Source: Succinivibrionaceae bacterium
GTDB lineage: Bacteria; Pseudomonadota; Gammaproteobacteria; Enterobacterales; Succinivibrionaceae
Length of the DNA: 64,000 nt
Direction: 5' to 3'
Assembly (NCBI GenBank): GCA_045628385.1
Contig: JAZQPH010000045.1
Location: forward strand, 5,442-69,441
The number at the start of each line of letters is the position of its first letter. Positions within the stretch are counted from its first letter, which is position 1. The notes below the pieces were generated by a model. The model ran no database searches. It saw nothing but the letters and a program-made list of their open reading frames with translations, and had not been told where the DNA came from. Below are positions 28,900 through 38,279 of this stretch, piece after piece. The translations under genes were made by a program, and so were the position numbers.

Positions 28900-28914
28900 A
28901 CGTAATATAATGTA

Positions 28915-29382
28915 ATGGATTTGGCGTCGGAAATCGCCTCTGCAGATCCGGCGGCATCCCGGATATCAAAAACGGAGTCGGATATGGCTGAAGAACGAGC
29001 AGCAGACGGGCATCATCCATGCCCAGTGTGCGGAAAAACAGTATTTGAATGCGAATCGTCCTACGAAATATGCCCCGTATGCGGATGGGAAGACGACGCG
29101 CTGATGGAAGCAAATCCCGGCGAGTATGGAGGAACCGCAAACGATCTGAGCCTGGCGCTATACAAAGAAAGATATGAGGCGCTCAACGCATCCATTCCCG
29201 AATATAGGGCCGAAACGGACGGTCTGTGCGACCAAAAACCGTTTGACACGTCCAAATTGTCAGTCGATGCCGATGCCCTGGCCGCGGCAAAGAAAGTTCT
29301 GCATGCAAGAAAACTTGACGAAAGAGCCGTAATCTCGGCAGTTCTCAGAAAAATCGCATCTTTAGGCGCAACCAAAAAATGA
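28915..29382 (+). CDS. Cysteine-rich CPCC-domain protein
   Basis: Contains CPVCGKTVFE....YEICPVCGWEDD......P.EYGGTAN.LSL, the hallmark of the CPCC family. The start could instead be the internal ATG giving MAEER. Confidence 0.7.
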   Translation: MDLASEIASADPAASRISKTESDMAEERAADGHHPCPVCGKTVFECESSYEICPVCGWEDDALMEANPGEYGGTANDLSLALYKERYEALNASIPEYRAETDGLCDQKPFDTSKLSVDADALAAAKKVLHARKLDERAVISAVLRKIASLGATKK

Positions 29383-29547
29383 CCTTTGCCGTATGAGCGG
29401 CAATTCATCAATATACGCAATCTCGTCCGCTACGTATCACTTGAATATTCCGCATTGGCGGCGGTCAGCGTCTCGAAAACCCAAATATTACGATAGCCGA
29501 CTTTTTCTATTATAAAATAAGCAAATCGGCACCCATAAGGAGCGAAC

Positions 29548-30063
29548 ATGGCAATCAGAGAAGTTATCAAATATCCGCATCCAAATTTAAAACTCGTATG
29601 CCGCGAGGTAACGGTATTCGACGAAACTCTGCGCCAGACCGTCGACGACATGTTCGAAACCATGTATCACGATGAGGGTATCGGACTTGCCGCACCCCAG
29701 ATTGATTTGCAACTCAGGCTGGTCGTAATAGATACAAGCGAAGACAAATCCCAGCGCATCGTCATGATCAATCCAAAATTTATCCTGAAGGAAGGTTCGC
29801 AGGGGATCGACGAAGGCTGTCTGTCGGTACCTTTGGGCTACAGAGCGCGCGTCGAGCGCGCAGCCAGAGTAATTGTCGAATTTCAAAACGAATTCGGCGA
29901 AAAACAAACGCTTGAAGCTACGGACCTTTTGGCTATCTGCATCCAGCACGAACTCGACCACCTTGACGGCATTCTTTTCATCGATCATCTTTCTCCGCTC
30001 AAACGCAGCATGTTTGCAAAGAAAATGGCCAAGGCCGAACGCCTGGAGAAAAAGAACAAATGA
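29548..30063 (+). CDS. def: Peptide deformylase
   Basis: 171 aa with the GIGLAAPQ, EGCLS and HELDHL motifs. Confidence 0.97.
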   Translation: MAIREVIKYPHPNLKLVCREVTVFDETLRQTVDDMFETMYHDEGIGLAAPQIDLQLRLVVIDTSEDKSQRIVMINPKFILKEGSQGIDEGCLSVPLGYRARVERAARVIVEFQNEFGEKQTLEATDLLAICIQHELDHLDGILFIDHLSPLKRSMFAKKMAKAERLEKKNK

Positions 30064-31010
30064 GCCGTTCAGGACTAAGAATCGCATTCGGCGGCACCCC
30101 GGATTTTGCCGCTGAACACTTGAAAGTTCTCATCGACGAGGGTTTTGACATCTGCGTCGTTTACACGCAGCCAGACCGAGCCGCAGGACGCGGCAAAAAA
30201 CTCACGGCAAGTCCCGTAAAAGAGCTGGCGCTCAAGCACGGAATACCCGTCGAACAGCCTGCCAATTTCAAAAATTCCGAAGACGTCGAACAATTTCGAA
30301 GCTATAAGCCCGATCTTTTCGCCGTCGTCGCCTACGGAGTGCTTTTGCCTGAATCGATTCTGAAAATTCCTCAGAAAGGATGCATAAATGTTCACGGATC
30401 TCTTCTTCCTAAATACAGAGGCGCCGCACCAATACAGCGCGCCGTCTATGACGGAGAGGTTACGACAGGCATAACAATCATGCGCATGGACAAAGGTCTT
30501 GATACAGGCGATGCCATTCTGACCAAGCAATGCGCCATCAGCTCAGACGACACATCAGGCTCGCTTTTTGAAAAACTTGCTTCGATCGGCCCGTTGGCCC
30601 TCATTGAGGCTATTGACTCCGTCGAAGCGGGCACGGCATCGTATACTCCGCAAAATCACGAGTTGGCAACATATGCCAAAAAACTGAGCAAAGAGGAGTC
30701 GCCTATTGATTTCAAACAGCCGTCTCGCGTAATCGATTGCAGGATAAGAGCATTGTCTCCATGGCCTCTTGCGACGGTTTCGGCAAACGGCACGGAAAAT
30801 ATCAAAGTGCATGCGGCTTGCGTAGGAGCGGGAAGACCTGGAGCGGAGCCTGGCACGGTGCTGAGCGCTGGAAAAGACGGCATCGAAATCGCTACTGCCG
30901 ACGGTTCCGTCATTTTGAAAGAACTGCAGCTGCCCGGAAAAAAACGGGCTCCTGCCGGGGATATTGTCAACGGACATAAAGACTTGTTCATCCCGGGAGA
31001 AAAACTTTGA
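30060..31010 (+). CDS. fmt: Methionyl-tRNA formyltransferase
   Basis: 316 aa. ATGA overlap with def. Contains FGGTPDFA, INVHGSLLPKYRGAAPIQ and GITIMRMD.GLDTGD. Confidence 0.97.
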   Translation: MSRSGLRIAFGGTPDFAAEHLKVLIDEGFDICVVYTQPDRAAGRGKKLTASPVKELALKHGIPVEQPANFKNSEDVEQFRSYKPDLFAVVAYGVLLPESILKIPQKGCINVHGSLLPKYRGAAPIQRAVYDGEVTTGITIMRMDKGLDTGDAILTKQCAISSDDTSGSLFEKLASIGPLALIEAIDSVEAGTASYTPQNHELATYAKKLSKEESPIDFKQPSRVIDCRIRALSPWPLATVSANGTENIKVHAACVGAGRPGAEPGTVLSAGKDGIEIATADGSVILKELQLPGKKRAPAGDIVNGHKDLFIPGEKL

Positions 31011-32272
31011 AACTGGGATCACGCGCGCTTGCAGCCACTTTGATACGAAAGGTCGTCAAGGACGCAGAACCGCTTCCTGGAGATCCGTCGACAGATCTTA
31101 AGAGCGGCGATCGCGCTTTTTTCCAAGAAATTCTCTACGGAACGCTGCGAAAACATCTGCCACTCCGAAAACGAATCGAAAATTTCATTCAAAAACCAAT
31201 CAAGGGCAAGCAATCCGTTGTTTACGAACTTCTGGAAATAGGCCTGTACCAGCGTCTATACATGAATTCTCCCGATTACGCCGTCATTAACGAAACGGTG
31301 CAGTCTGCCAAGGAACTGGGCATTCCAGGCATGTCAGGGCTGGTCAACGCCATCATGAGAAAACTGTACCGCGAAGATATTGCCTCGCTGGCGGCGGCAA
31401 TAGAATCCTCAGATCCCGCTCTTGCCCATTCCTGTCCGGCATGGCTGTTTTCCCAGATGACAGGCGATTGGGGATTGGATGCGGCAGCGAAAATCAGCCA
31501 GGCCGCCAACGAAAAGCCCGGCATGTGGATTCGGGCTAATGAACACAAGGTTTCGGCAGAAGAGTATGTCCGCATGCTCCAAGCATCGGAAATCGCGGTG
31601 GAACGAACCCAAGGCACAGCCATTCTTCTAGCTGATACCCTTCCAGTAACGAAACTTCCGGGATTCTCGGACGGATTATGCTACGTGCAGGATGCGTCGG
31701 CGCAGGAAACAATCTCATGGCTCGATCCGCAGATCGGAGAGCGAATTCTTGATGCCTGCGCCGCGCCCGGCGGAAAATCAACGCACATACTCGAACGGTG
31801 CAGGGGTCAAATAGATTTGACATGCGTCGACCCAAGCCAAAGACGCCTGGACGTGATGGCCAAAAATCTTGCCAGACTCGGATATGCGCCAAAGGTTACA
31901 AGAGGCCATGCGCAGAAAGCAGACGAATGGTGGAACGGTCAGCAATTTGATCGCATACTGTGCGATGCGCCATGTTCGGGAACAGGCGTTATCCGAAGGC
32001 ATCCTGACATCAGATACGTCAGAAGACCGGATGACATCAAAGAACTGACAAAAACGCAGTCAGATATTTTGGATGCGCTGTGGCAGACGCTTAAACCCGG
32101 AGGGGTCATGGTCTATTCGACCTGTTCGATTCTCAAATGCGAAAATGAAAGTCAGATTTCAGCGTTCATAGGCCGCACGGACGGCGCAAAAATCGAAAAT
32201 ATGCATCAAAGGTTCCCAGGAGACGGCAACCGAGATGGCTTTTTCTACTGCAAGATTCGCAAACTGATGTGA
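31007..32272 (+). CDS. rsmB: 16S rRNA (cytosine967-C5)-methyltransferase RsmB
   Basis: 421 aa. TTG start overlaps the fmt stop. Contains DACAAPGGKSTHILE, FDRILCDAPCSGTGVIRRHPDI, YSTCSI and DGFFYCKI. Confidence 0.93.
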   Translation: MKLGSRALAATLIRKVVKDAEPLPGDPSTDLKSGDRAFFQEILYGTLRKHLPLRKRIENFIQKPIKGKQSVVYELLEIGLYQRLYMNSPDYAVINETVQSAKELGIPGMSGLVNAIMRKLYREDIASLAAAIESSDPALAHSCPAWLFSQMTGDWGLDAAAKISQAANEKPGMWIRANEHKVSAEEYVRMLQASEIAVERTQGTAILLADTLPVTKLPGFSDGLCYVQDASAQETISWLDPQIGERILDACAAPGGKSTHILERCRGQIDLTCVDPSQRRLDVMAKNLARLGYAPKVTRGHAQKADEWWNGQQFDRILCDAPCSGTGVIRRHPDIRYVRRPDDIKELTKTQSDILDALWQTLKPGGVMVYSTCSILKCENESQISAFIGRTDGAKIENMHQRFPGDGNRDGFFYCKIRKLM

Positions 32273-32288
32273 CACGGGAGATGGTTTT

Positions 32289-33755
32289 ATGAAAATAATC
32301 ATCACGGGCGCCGGGTCCGTAGGCTCTGCTCTTGCAAGAAATCTTGTCGAAGAAAAACACGAAGTCACCGTGATCGATCCGCGCCAGGAAAATCTTGACG
32401 AACTGAGCAGGCAGTTCGACCTAAGAACGGTATGCGGCAAGCCGTGCTATCCAGATGTGCTGTTCGAAGCAGGCGCCGGCGACGCCGAACTCGTTGCCGC
32501 AGTTTCGGCAAATGACGAAGAAAACATCCTTGCCTGTCAGATAGCCTCTGCCCGTTTCGGAGTTCCGAACAAAATTGCACGCGTAAAAGCCGAATCATAT
32601 GCCGAGGAAAAAGAAAATCTCTTTACTCTTCAGGACATAGAAACAAAGCGCGAAGCGGATCAAAAGTTCGATGACGCCAGCAAAAGGGCATCCACCATCA
32701 GAAAAATTCTGAAGCGGAAAATCGACATTCAGGAAGTCATATCGCCTGAAAGACTAGTTGCTGACGAAATTGCCAAACTTGTCGAATTTCCGGGATGCAA
32801 AGGTCTGTACGATTTTCCCGACATGCGCGTAACTCTGGTACAGGTAATCGCCTGTTACGGCGGCTCGCTTGTAGGAAATCCGCTCGCAGAAACCATACAG
32901 AGCGAATTTTCTTCAGGACACGTCAATATAGTCGGTCTGTACCGCCGAGGCAAAGCGATACCCATCACACCGAACACGGTCATAAATGCCGGTGACGAAG
33001 TCTATCTCGTGGCAGACACCTCGCGCGTACGCGAAGCCATGTCTCTTCTGCAGCGACTTGAAAATCCGTACCGTCAAATCATGATTTACGGCGGAGGCAC
33101 CATCGGCGCATCGCTTGCCAGAAAATTAGAGAACCGATATCGCGTAAAACTAATCGAAACCGACAGGGAAAGCGCCGAACGGCTGGCGCAGGATCTGGAA
33201 AAAACCATGGTTCTGCATGCCGAACATTCGGTTAACGACGTGTTTCAGGAAGAAGGCATAGACAACGTCGATCTGTTCATTGCGGTCTCGCGGCGAGACG
33301 AAGACAATATCACTACGTCCATGCTTGCCAAGCAGTCCGGCGCGCGCAAAACTGTAGCCACTATTCAGAAAAAAGAGTACTTCGGCATCTGCGAAGCCAA
33401 CAACAATGTCGATATCAGCGTCGTTCCGCAATTTTCCACGCTTTCGGCTTTGCTTACCTTCATACGGCACGCGGACATCAAATGCGTGCATTCCGTGCGC
33501 ATGGGACTTTCCGAAGCAATGGAAATAGTCATACACGGAGATCCGGGAACATCAGACGTAATAGGCAAATCAGTCAAAGAAATTAAATCAAAACTGCCTC
33601 AGGGAACGGTCATAGGCGCAATATGCCATTTAGGCACCGTATATGTGGACTGCTCCAACGTAGTTATCGAAAACGGCGACCGAATCGTAGTATTCATGGG
33701 CAGCAAGCACATCAAAGAAATCGAAAGACTTTTCGCTCCGGGAGCGATGTATTAA
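32289..33755 (+). CDS. trkA: Trk potassium uptake system NAD-binding protein TrkA
   Basis: 488 aa with two Rossmann/RCK halves (MKIIITGAGSVGSALA and IMIYGGGTIGASLA). Colinear with E. coli TrkA apart from an insertion of about 30 aa. Confidence 0.93.
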   Translation: MKIIITGAGSVGSALARNLVEEKHEVTVIDPRQENLDELSRQFDLRTVCGKPCYPDVLFEAGAGDAELVAAVSANDEENILACQIASARFGVPNKIARVKAESYAEEKENLFTLQDIETKREADQKFDDASKRASTIRKILKRKIDIQEVISPERLVADEIAKLVEFPGCKGLYDFPDMRVTLVQVIACYGGSLVGNPLAETIQSEFSSGHVNIVGLYRRGKAIPITPNTVINAGDEVYLVADTSRVREAMSLLQRLENPYRQIMIYGGGTIGASLARKLENRYRVKLIETDRESAERLAQDLEKTMVLHAEHSVNDVFQEEGIDNVDLFIAVSRRDEDNITTSMLAKQSGARKTVATIQKKEYFGICEANNNVDISVVPQFSTLSALLTFIRHADIKCVHSVRMGLSEAMEIVIHGDPGTSDVIGKSVKEIKSKLPQGTVIGAICHLGTVYVDCSNVVIENGDRIVVFMGSKHIKEIERLFAPGAMY

Positions 33756-35216
33756 ATGGACAGCCTGCGCATAAATTCGGTTCTGTACGTCATCGGTCTC
33801 TCGCTGACCAAGGTTATATGTTTCCTTCTGGCGCCGCTTACCACGTCGCTGTGCACCGACTCGCGCGGATCGACCGAATTTCTTGCCACCATCATAATAG
33901 CCACGATTCCCGTCGTGTTCTTTCTGAGACCGGGCGTAAAAACTGATTTTGACTTTCCCATTCGAGACGTCTTTCTCATAACCTGCATCAGCTGGCTCAT
34001 CGACTGTTCGGTGTCAGCGCTGCCGTTTTGTTTCATTATGGGATGCTCCTACACGGACGCATTTTTCGAAACCATGTCGGGTCTCACCACCTTCGGCGGC
34101 ACCGTGTTTCCCGAGCTGGGCAAATTGCCCGAAAGCCTGCATCTGTGGAGATCCATGCTTCAATGGATAGGAGGCGTGGGCTTTATCGTAATCGCCGTGG
34201 CGATTCTTCCTCAGCTCAATGTCGGCGGCATGAAGATGTTCCGCTCAGAAGCTTCTGAAAAGCACAAAGACAGTCCAAAAGCCGCAACAGTGGCAAAGTC
34301 GATTCTGTACGTTTACATCGTTCTGACCGCGGCATGCACGGCCTGCTATATGGCATGCGGCATGAACTTTTTCGAATCTCTTTGCCACGCCTTCACAACC
34401 GCGGCTACAGGAGGATTCTCGACAAGAGACGGCTCCATGGCAGAATTCGGCCCAGGAGCTCAATGGGTCTGCATAGTGTTTATGATAATAGGCAGCCTGC
34501 CGTTCCTCCTGTACGTAAAATCCCTGAAACGGCGCGATTTGGGATATGTTCTCAACAACCAGCAGGTAGCTGGATACATAATTTTCATCATCATCATCGC
34601 ATCCGTGCTCATGCTGTTTTTGTGGGTCAAAATCGATCTGAAATTATCCGATGCCGTACGAACATCGGTGTTCAGCGTGGTCTCAATAATCACGACATCA
34701 GGATTTGCCGTATGCGACTGGACCGCATGGGGACCGTTTGCGACATTTCTGATTCTTCTGATATTGCCGATCGGCGGCTGCACGGGCAGTACATCCGGCG
34801 GAATTAAATTCTTCCGCATCCAGATAATCAACATTCTGTTCAAGAAGCAGTGCCAGGAACTCCTGCATCCAACGGCGATAGTCGCGCAGTCGTACGACGG
34901 CAACAGAATCGACGATTCGCTCATCCGATCCGTCGTGGCATTCTTTCTTAGCTATATCATTTTGCTGACCGTCAGCTGTCTTTTGGTATGCTTCGACGGC
35001 GTGGACGTAACCGTCGCCGTAACATCATCGATTTCGGCGATTTCAAACGTCGGTCCTGCCTACGGCGATCCCGCAATTTCGGGCGGAGTATACCAATCGA
35101 TGCCTACGCTTTCTAAGTGGGTTATGTGCTTTGACATGCTTTGCGGGCGTCTCGAAATACTCACGGTAATCGTGCTTTTCGTTCCGAGATTCTGGAAAGC
35201 AACGTCAAGAAATTAA
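33756..35216 (+). CDS. trkH: Trk system potassium uptake protein TrkH
   Basis: 486-aa polytopic membrane protein whose ATG immediately follows the trkA stop. TrkH/KtrB-type selectivity-filter segments are present (MSGLTTFGG, TAATGGFST, ITTSGF, ISNVGPA). Confidence 0.9.
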   Translation: MDSLRINSVLYVIGLSLTKVICFLLAPLTTSLCTDSRGSTEFLATIIIATIPVVFFLRPGVKTDFDFPIRDVFLITCISWLIDCSVSALPFCFIMGCSYTDAFFETMSGLTTFGGTVFPELGKLPESLHLWRSMLQWIGGVGFIVIAVAILPQLNVGGMKMFRSEASEKHKDSPKAATVAKSILYVYIVLTAACTACYMACGMNFFESLCHAFTTAATGGFSTRDGSMAEFGPGAQWVCIVFMIIGSLPFLLYVKSLKRRDLGYVLNNQQVAGYIIFIIIIASVLMLFLWVKIDLKLSDAVRTSVFSVVSIITTSGFAVCDWTAWGPFATFLILLILPIGGCTGSTSGGIKFFRIQIINILFKKQCQELLHPTAIVAQSYDGNRIDDSLIRSVVAFFLSYIILLTVSCLLVCFDGVDVTVAVTSSISAISNVGPAYGDPAISGGVYQSMPTLSKWVMCFDMLCGRLEILTVIVLFVPRFWKATSRN

Positions 35217-35342
35217 AATTTTAAGAGCCAAATCGGCGTAACTTCGCAAATTCAGCCTTGCGCCCGCGTCTTATGTTGCTTGCCATGCGCGGCTGACATT
35301 AAAATGATCAAGTTAGCGATCGTGAGTGAAGAGGTTCGAACC

Positions 35343-36173
35343 ATGTCTCTTGACCATATTTTCAATAAACTCAAGCAACTGCCTACAATGCCTGAGCTTT
35401 TGCACGAACTCATGCATGACTTTGCGGACGAAAATGCCAAAATTGAAGACATATCCCGCAAAATAGAAATGGATCAAAGCATATCAGCAAGAGTTCTGAA
35501 AATGGCAAATTCGGTCATCTACAGCCGAGGCGTGCCAATCACCTCTATTGATCAGGCAGTAATCAGAATCGGATTCAAACAGGTAAGTTCGCTCGTGGTT
35601 GCGACCGCGCTCAACAATTCCTTCAAAACGCCGAAATCGTTTGATAAAAAGAAATTCTGGCTCGACACGTTCCAAGTTGCCTGCATCGCCCGCGAACTTG
35701 CCAAAGATTCTCCCAAAATTGAAGGCGATACGGCTTTTACGAGCGCACTCATCCACAACATCGGCGAACTGATTATTCATCAATGTTTCCCTCTTCAGTC
35801 TGATCTTATTGCCGCCGCCGTTAAAAAAGGCGAAATGAAGATAGACGCGCAAAGGGAGATATTAGGCTACGATTACAGCCAAATCGGCGCCGAACTGGTG
35901 CGCAGATGGAAACTGCCAGAATTCTTTGTAGACTCGACTGAACAGCATCTTAATCCGCTTGATCACGAAGTTGTAAACATGGGAGCCGTTATCATCAGAC
36001 TGTCCCTTTTTGTCAATTTCGCGATCGAAGCCGGCGTGCCTGCTGATGTCATCGTCCACAGATTCCCTTCATCGCTGTCGTCGCAGCTTGAAATTCATCC
36101 TGTCGACCTTTCGGACAGAATTCAGACATTGAGAGAAGGATGCAACGAGTTATCCGACATTCTCGCGTCCTAG
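35343..36173 (+). CDS. HDOD domain protein
   Basis: Start re-called to the ATG at 35343 (MSLDHIFNKLKQLPTMPELLHELM). HDOD hallmarks are present: LP..P, I.....D..L.A.VLK.ANS..Y and HNIGELII. Confidence 0.75.
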   Translation: MSLDHIFNKLKQLPTMPELLHELMHDFADENAKIEDISRKIEMDQSISARVLKMANSVIYSRGVPITSIDQAVIRIGFKQVSSLVVATALNNSFKTPKSFDKKKFWLDTFQVACIARELAKDSPKIEGDTAFTSALIHNIGELIIHQCFPLQSDLIAAAVKKGEMKIDAQREILGYDYSQIGAELVRRWKLPEFFVDSTEQHLNPLDHEVVNMGAVIIRLSLFVNFAIEAGVPADVIVHRFPSSLSSQLEIHPVDLSDRIQTLREGCNELSDILAS

Positions 36174-36207
36174 CAAGCAACCGAAACCGAACGGACTCAG
36201 TTTATTC

Positions 36208-36243
36208 ACAACAATAACGCGGCATATGCCGCGTTATTGTTGT
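36208..36243. terminator. Perfect 36-nt palindrome between convergent HDOD and mltF genes (probable bidirectional terminator)
   Basis: ACAACAATAACGCGGCA-TA-TGCCGCGTTATTGTTGT forms a 17-bp perfect stem. It lies 35 nt after the HDOD stop and 34 nt after the mltF stop. There is no clean U-tract on either side. Confidence 0.6.
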
Positions 36244-36276
36244 TCGTCATATGAAAAAGCGATTTCTGATGCAGGA

Positions 36277-37746
36277 TTACGGCGTTTTCGCAGAGCCCTT
36301 TTTCTTTCCCGAGGTTGCCTTCTCAGATTCAGCATACGCCTGGTGGCACTTCATTATTTCTGAGACATATTTGACGGGCTCGTCCAATCCTTTCTCGGCC
36401 ACAACCAATTCCACGTTTCCGAACCACTTGTCGCCGTCAAGGCCCATCTTTGCCGCCGTTTTGCGCATGTGCGCTATGCGTCCTGGTCCCGCATTGTAGC
36501 CTGCAAGAGCAAATGACATTTTGTCGATTACGGACAGACCGAAATCATTAAAGTAATGATCCAGAATGTACCGCATATACATCGTCCCCACCCTGACGTT
36601 TCCGTCGACGGTGTCCAGTTCATCGCGAGATTTAATCAAAAAGCCCATTGCCATCTTTGGCGATACCTGAAGAATGCCGACCGCACCCGCGCGGGACACG
36701 GCAGACTGCTTGAAAGTAGATTCTTTGTATGCCTGACACATCAGCATTCGCCAATCAAGCACGTACTCCTTGCCGTATTTTTGAAATACTCCGCGCAGGG
36801 TCTGAAATTGCTCCCAACTCAGCCCCAAAGTCTGGGCATTTTTCTTCTTACCGAGCTGCCCTGCCGAATTGGACAGCGGGCGCAGATATGCGCTTATCAA
36901 GCGTTTGCCGTTTTGAGTTTTGTCGCTGTTCTGGGAAATGAACCTGTTAAGCACGTCAAGCAGCCGAGGATTGGAAGTTCTCACGGCCCAATTGATGGTT
37001 TCTCCCGAACTGAGCGGAAATTCTGTATGAATCTGGACATTGGGAAACAGATGCTCCCACAGTTTGGCCTGCGCGCTGTTGATGACTACTGCGGGAACTT
37101 CGCCTGATTGCACGCGTTCCACAAGTTCTGCATCCTGCTGGGCCTCATCGGCAAGAACAATGTTTATCTTCTGCCATCCCAGCGTTTCAAACGCCAAATT
37201 GAATGCTTTGAACGTGTCATAGGATCTTGAAGATTTTCTTATGTAGACGGTCCTGCCCGACAGCTGACGCAGGCTGGTAAGCTGCGTTCCGTTAATGCCG
37301 GTAACCAAGTATTCGCTGATGTCAGTCAGAAGCGGCTGAGTGTAGGATATGAGCACATCGGAACGTTTTTCCGTCGGTATGATGAAATTTGCGGCAATGT
37401 CGCCCTCCCCGCGAATCAGTTTTTCAAATACCTGATCTTCGCGTACGGGAACGAATTGCACGTCAACTTTCAGGCGCTGTCGCGAAAAGAATTCTTCGTT
37501 TACGTATTTTTTGAACTTGCTCATGAGCGCAACGGCAAGCCCATCCTGCCTGCCGTCGACAAAAAAGTAATTTACGCCGTCGTATACGACAAGCGCGCGG
37601 ATGACGCCGATTTTTGCCAATCCGTCAAAATCGTCTTTGTAAAAATCGGTCGCAGTGGAGATCGCTCCAAGATTTGACGAACAAAAAGCCGCGGCGAGCG
37701 CGAAAGCCGGCGCGGCAATGCGAGTCAAAAACTTCATCGTGTTCAA
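36277..37746 (-). CDS. mltF: Membrane-bound lytic murein transglycosylase F (SBP_bac_3 plus SLT domains)
   Basis: 489 aa with a signal peptide, an N-terminal solute-binding-like domain and a C-terminal SLT domain (MCQAYKESTFKQSAVSRAGAVGILQV, AGYNAGPGR). Confidence 0.9.
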   Translation of the reverse strand: MNTMKFLTRIAAPAFALAAAFCSSNLGAISTATDFYKDDFDGLAKIGVIRALVVYDGVNYFFVDGRQDGLAVALMSKFKKYVNEEFFSRQRLKVDVQFVPVREDQVFEKLIRGEGDIAANFIIPTEKRSDVLISYTQPLLTDISEYLVTGINGTQLTSLRQLSGRTVYIRKSSRSYDTFKAFNLAFETLGWQKINIVLADEAQQDAELVERVQSGEVPAVVINSAQAKLWEHLFPNVQIHTEFPLSSGETINWAVRTSNPRLLDVLNRFISQNSDKTQNGKRLISAYLRPLSNSAGQLGKKKNAQTLGLSWEQFQTLRGVFQKYGKEYVLDWRMLMCQAYKESTFKQSAVSRAGAVGILQVSPKMAMGFLIKSRDELDTVDGNVRVGTMYMRYILDHYFNDFGLSVIDKMSFALAGYNAGPGRIAHMRKTAAKMGLDGDKWFGNVELVVAEKGLDEPVKYVSEIMKCHQAYAESEKATSGKKKGSAKTP

Positions 37747-37753
37747 TCCGTTT

Positions 37754-38092
37754 TTAACGAACAGATCTTGCTTTCATTTCGAAAATAATTTTTTCCGCAG
37801 AGTATTCAAACTCGATGCGATATGTCAGTTTCGATCCGTCGCCGCCATCGGCCGCTGAAATCTCAATTTTGGCGTTTTCGCAGGCATCCAGGGCAATCTT
37901 CCTGAGCTTGTCCGCCTTTTGCCGCGCATTTTCAGGAGAGTCGGCTTCAATCCTTCCTTCGCACAGAACATCTCCCGCTCTGATTACGGTGCCAATTTCA
38001 GCAGTCGCTCCGCATTCGGCGCATTCAACATAAGAGTTGCCGTCGCCAATTGCGCAGCTCGCGCCCTGACCTTTCTTCGCGTCGAATTCCAT
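37754..38092 (-). CDS. YfcZ/YiiS (DUF406) family protein
   Basis: 112 aa. The C-terminal pattern LTYRIEFEYSAEKIIFEMKARSVR parallels E. coli YfcZ (...DIDFTFACEAEMLIFQLGLRTLR), and an N-terminal Cys cluster is present. The stop lies 7 nt before the mltF start. Confidence 0.6.
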   Translation of the reverse strand: MEFDAKKGQGASCAIGDGNSYVECAECGATAEIGTVIRAGDVLCEGRIEADSPENARQKADKLRKIALDACENAKIEISAADGGDGSKLTYRIEFEYSAEKIIFEMKARSVR

Positions 38093-38279
38093 TTTTCACC
38101 CCTAAAATTCATATCCTCGAAACAAGTTTTTAGCAATTTGCCCATAAAAGCAACTCATGCGACAATAAGCCACTCAAAAACCGGATCAATGCGTCAAAAA
38201 TGAAGGAACAAATGACTGTTTTTGCGGTCTAATATGAGAGCCGACGTCTGCGGACGGTCGATCCCTGCCTCTGGAGAAT

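Noticed and set aside
35325-35345. GGTTCGAACC, reminiscent of a tRNA T-arm
   Set aside because: The flanking sequence cannot be folded into acceptor, D or anticodon arms. The element overlaps the Shine-Dalgarno and start region of the HDOD gene.
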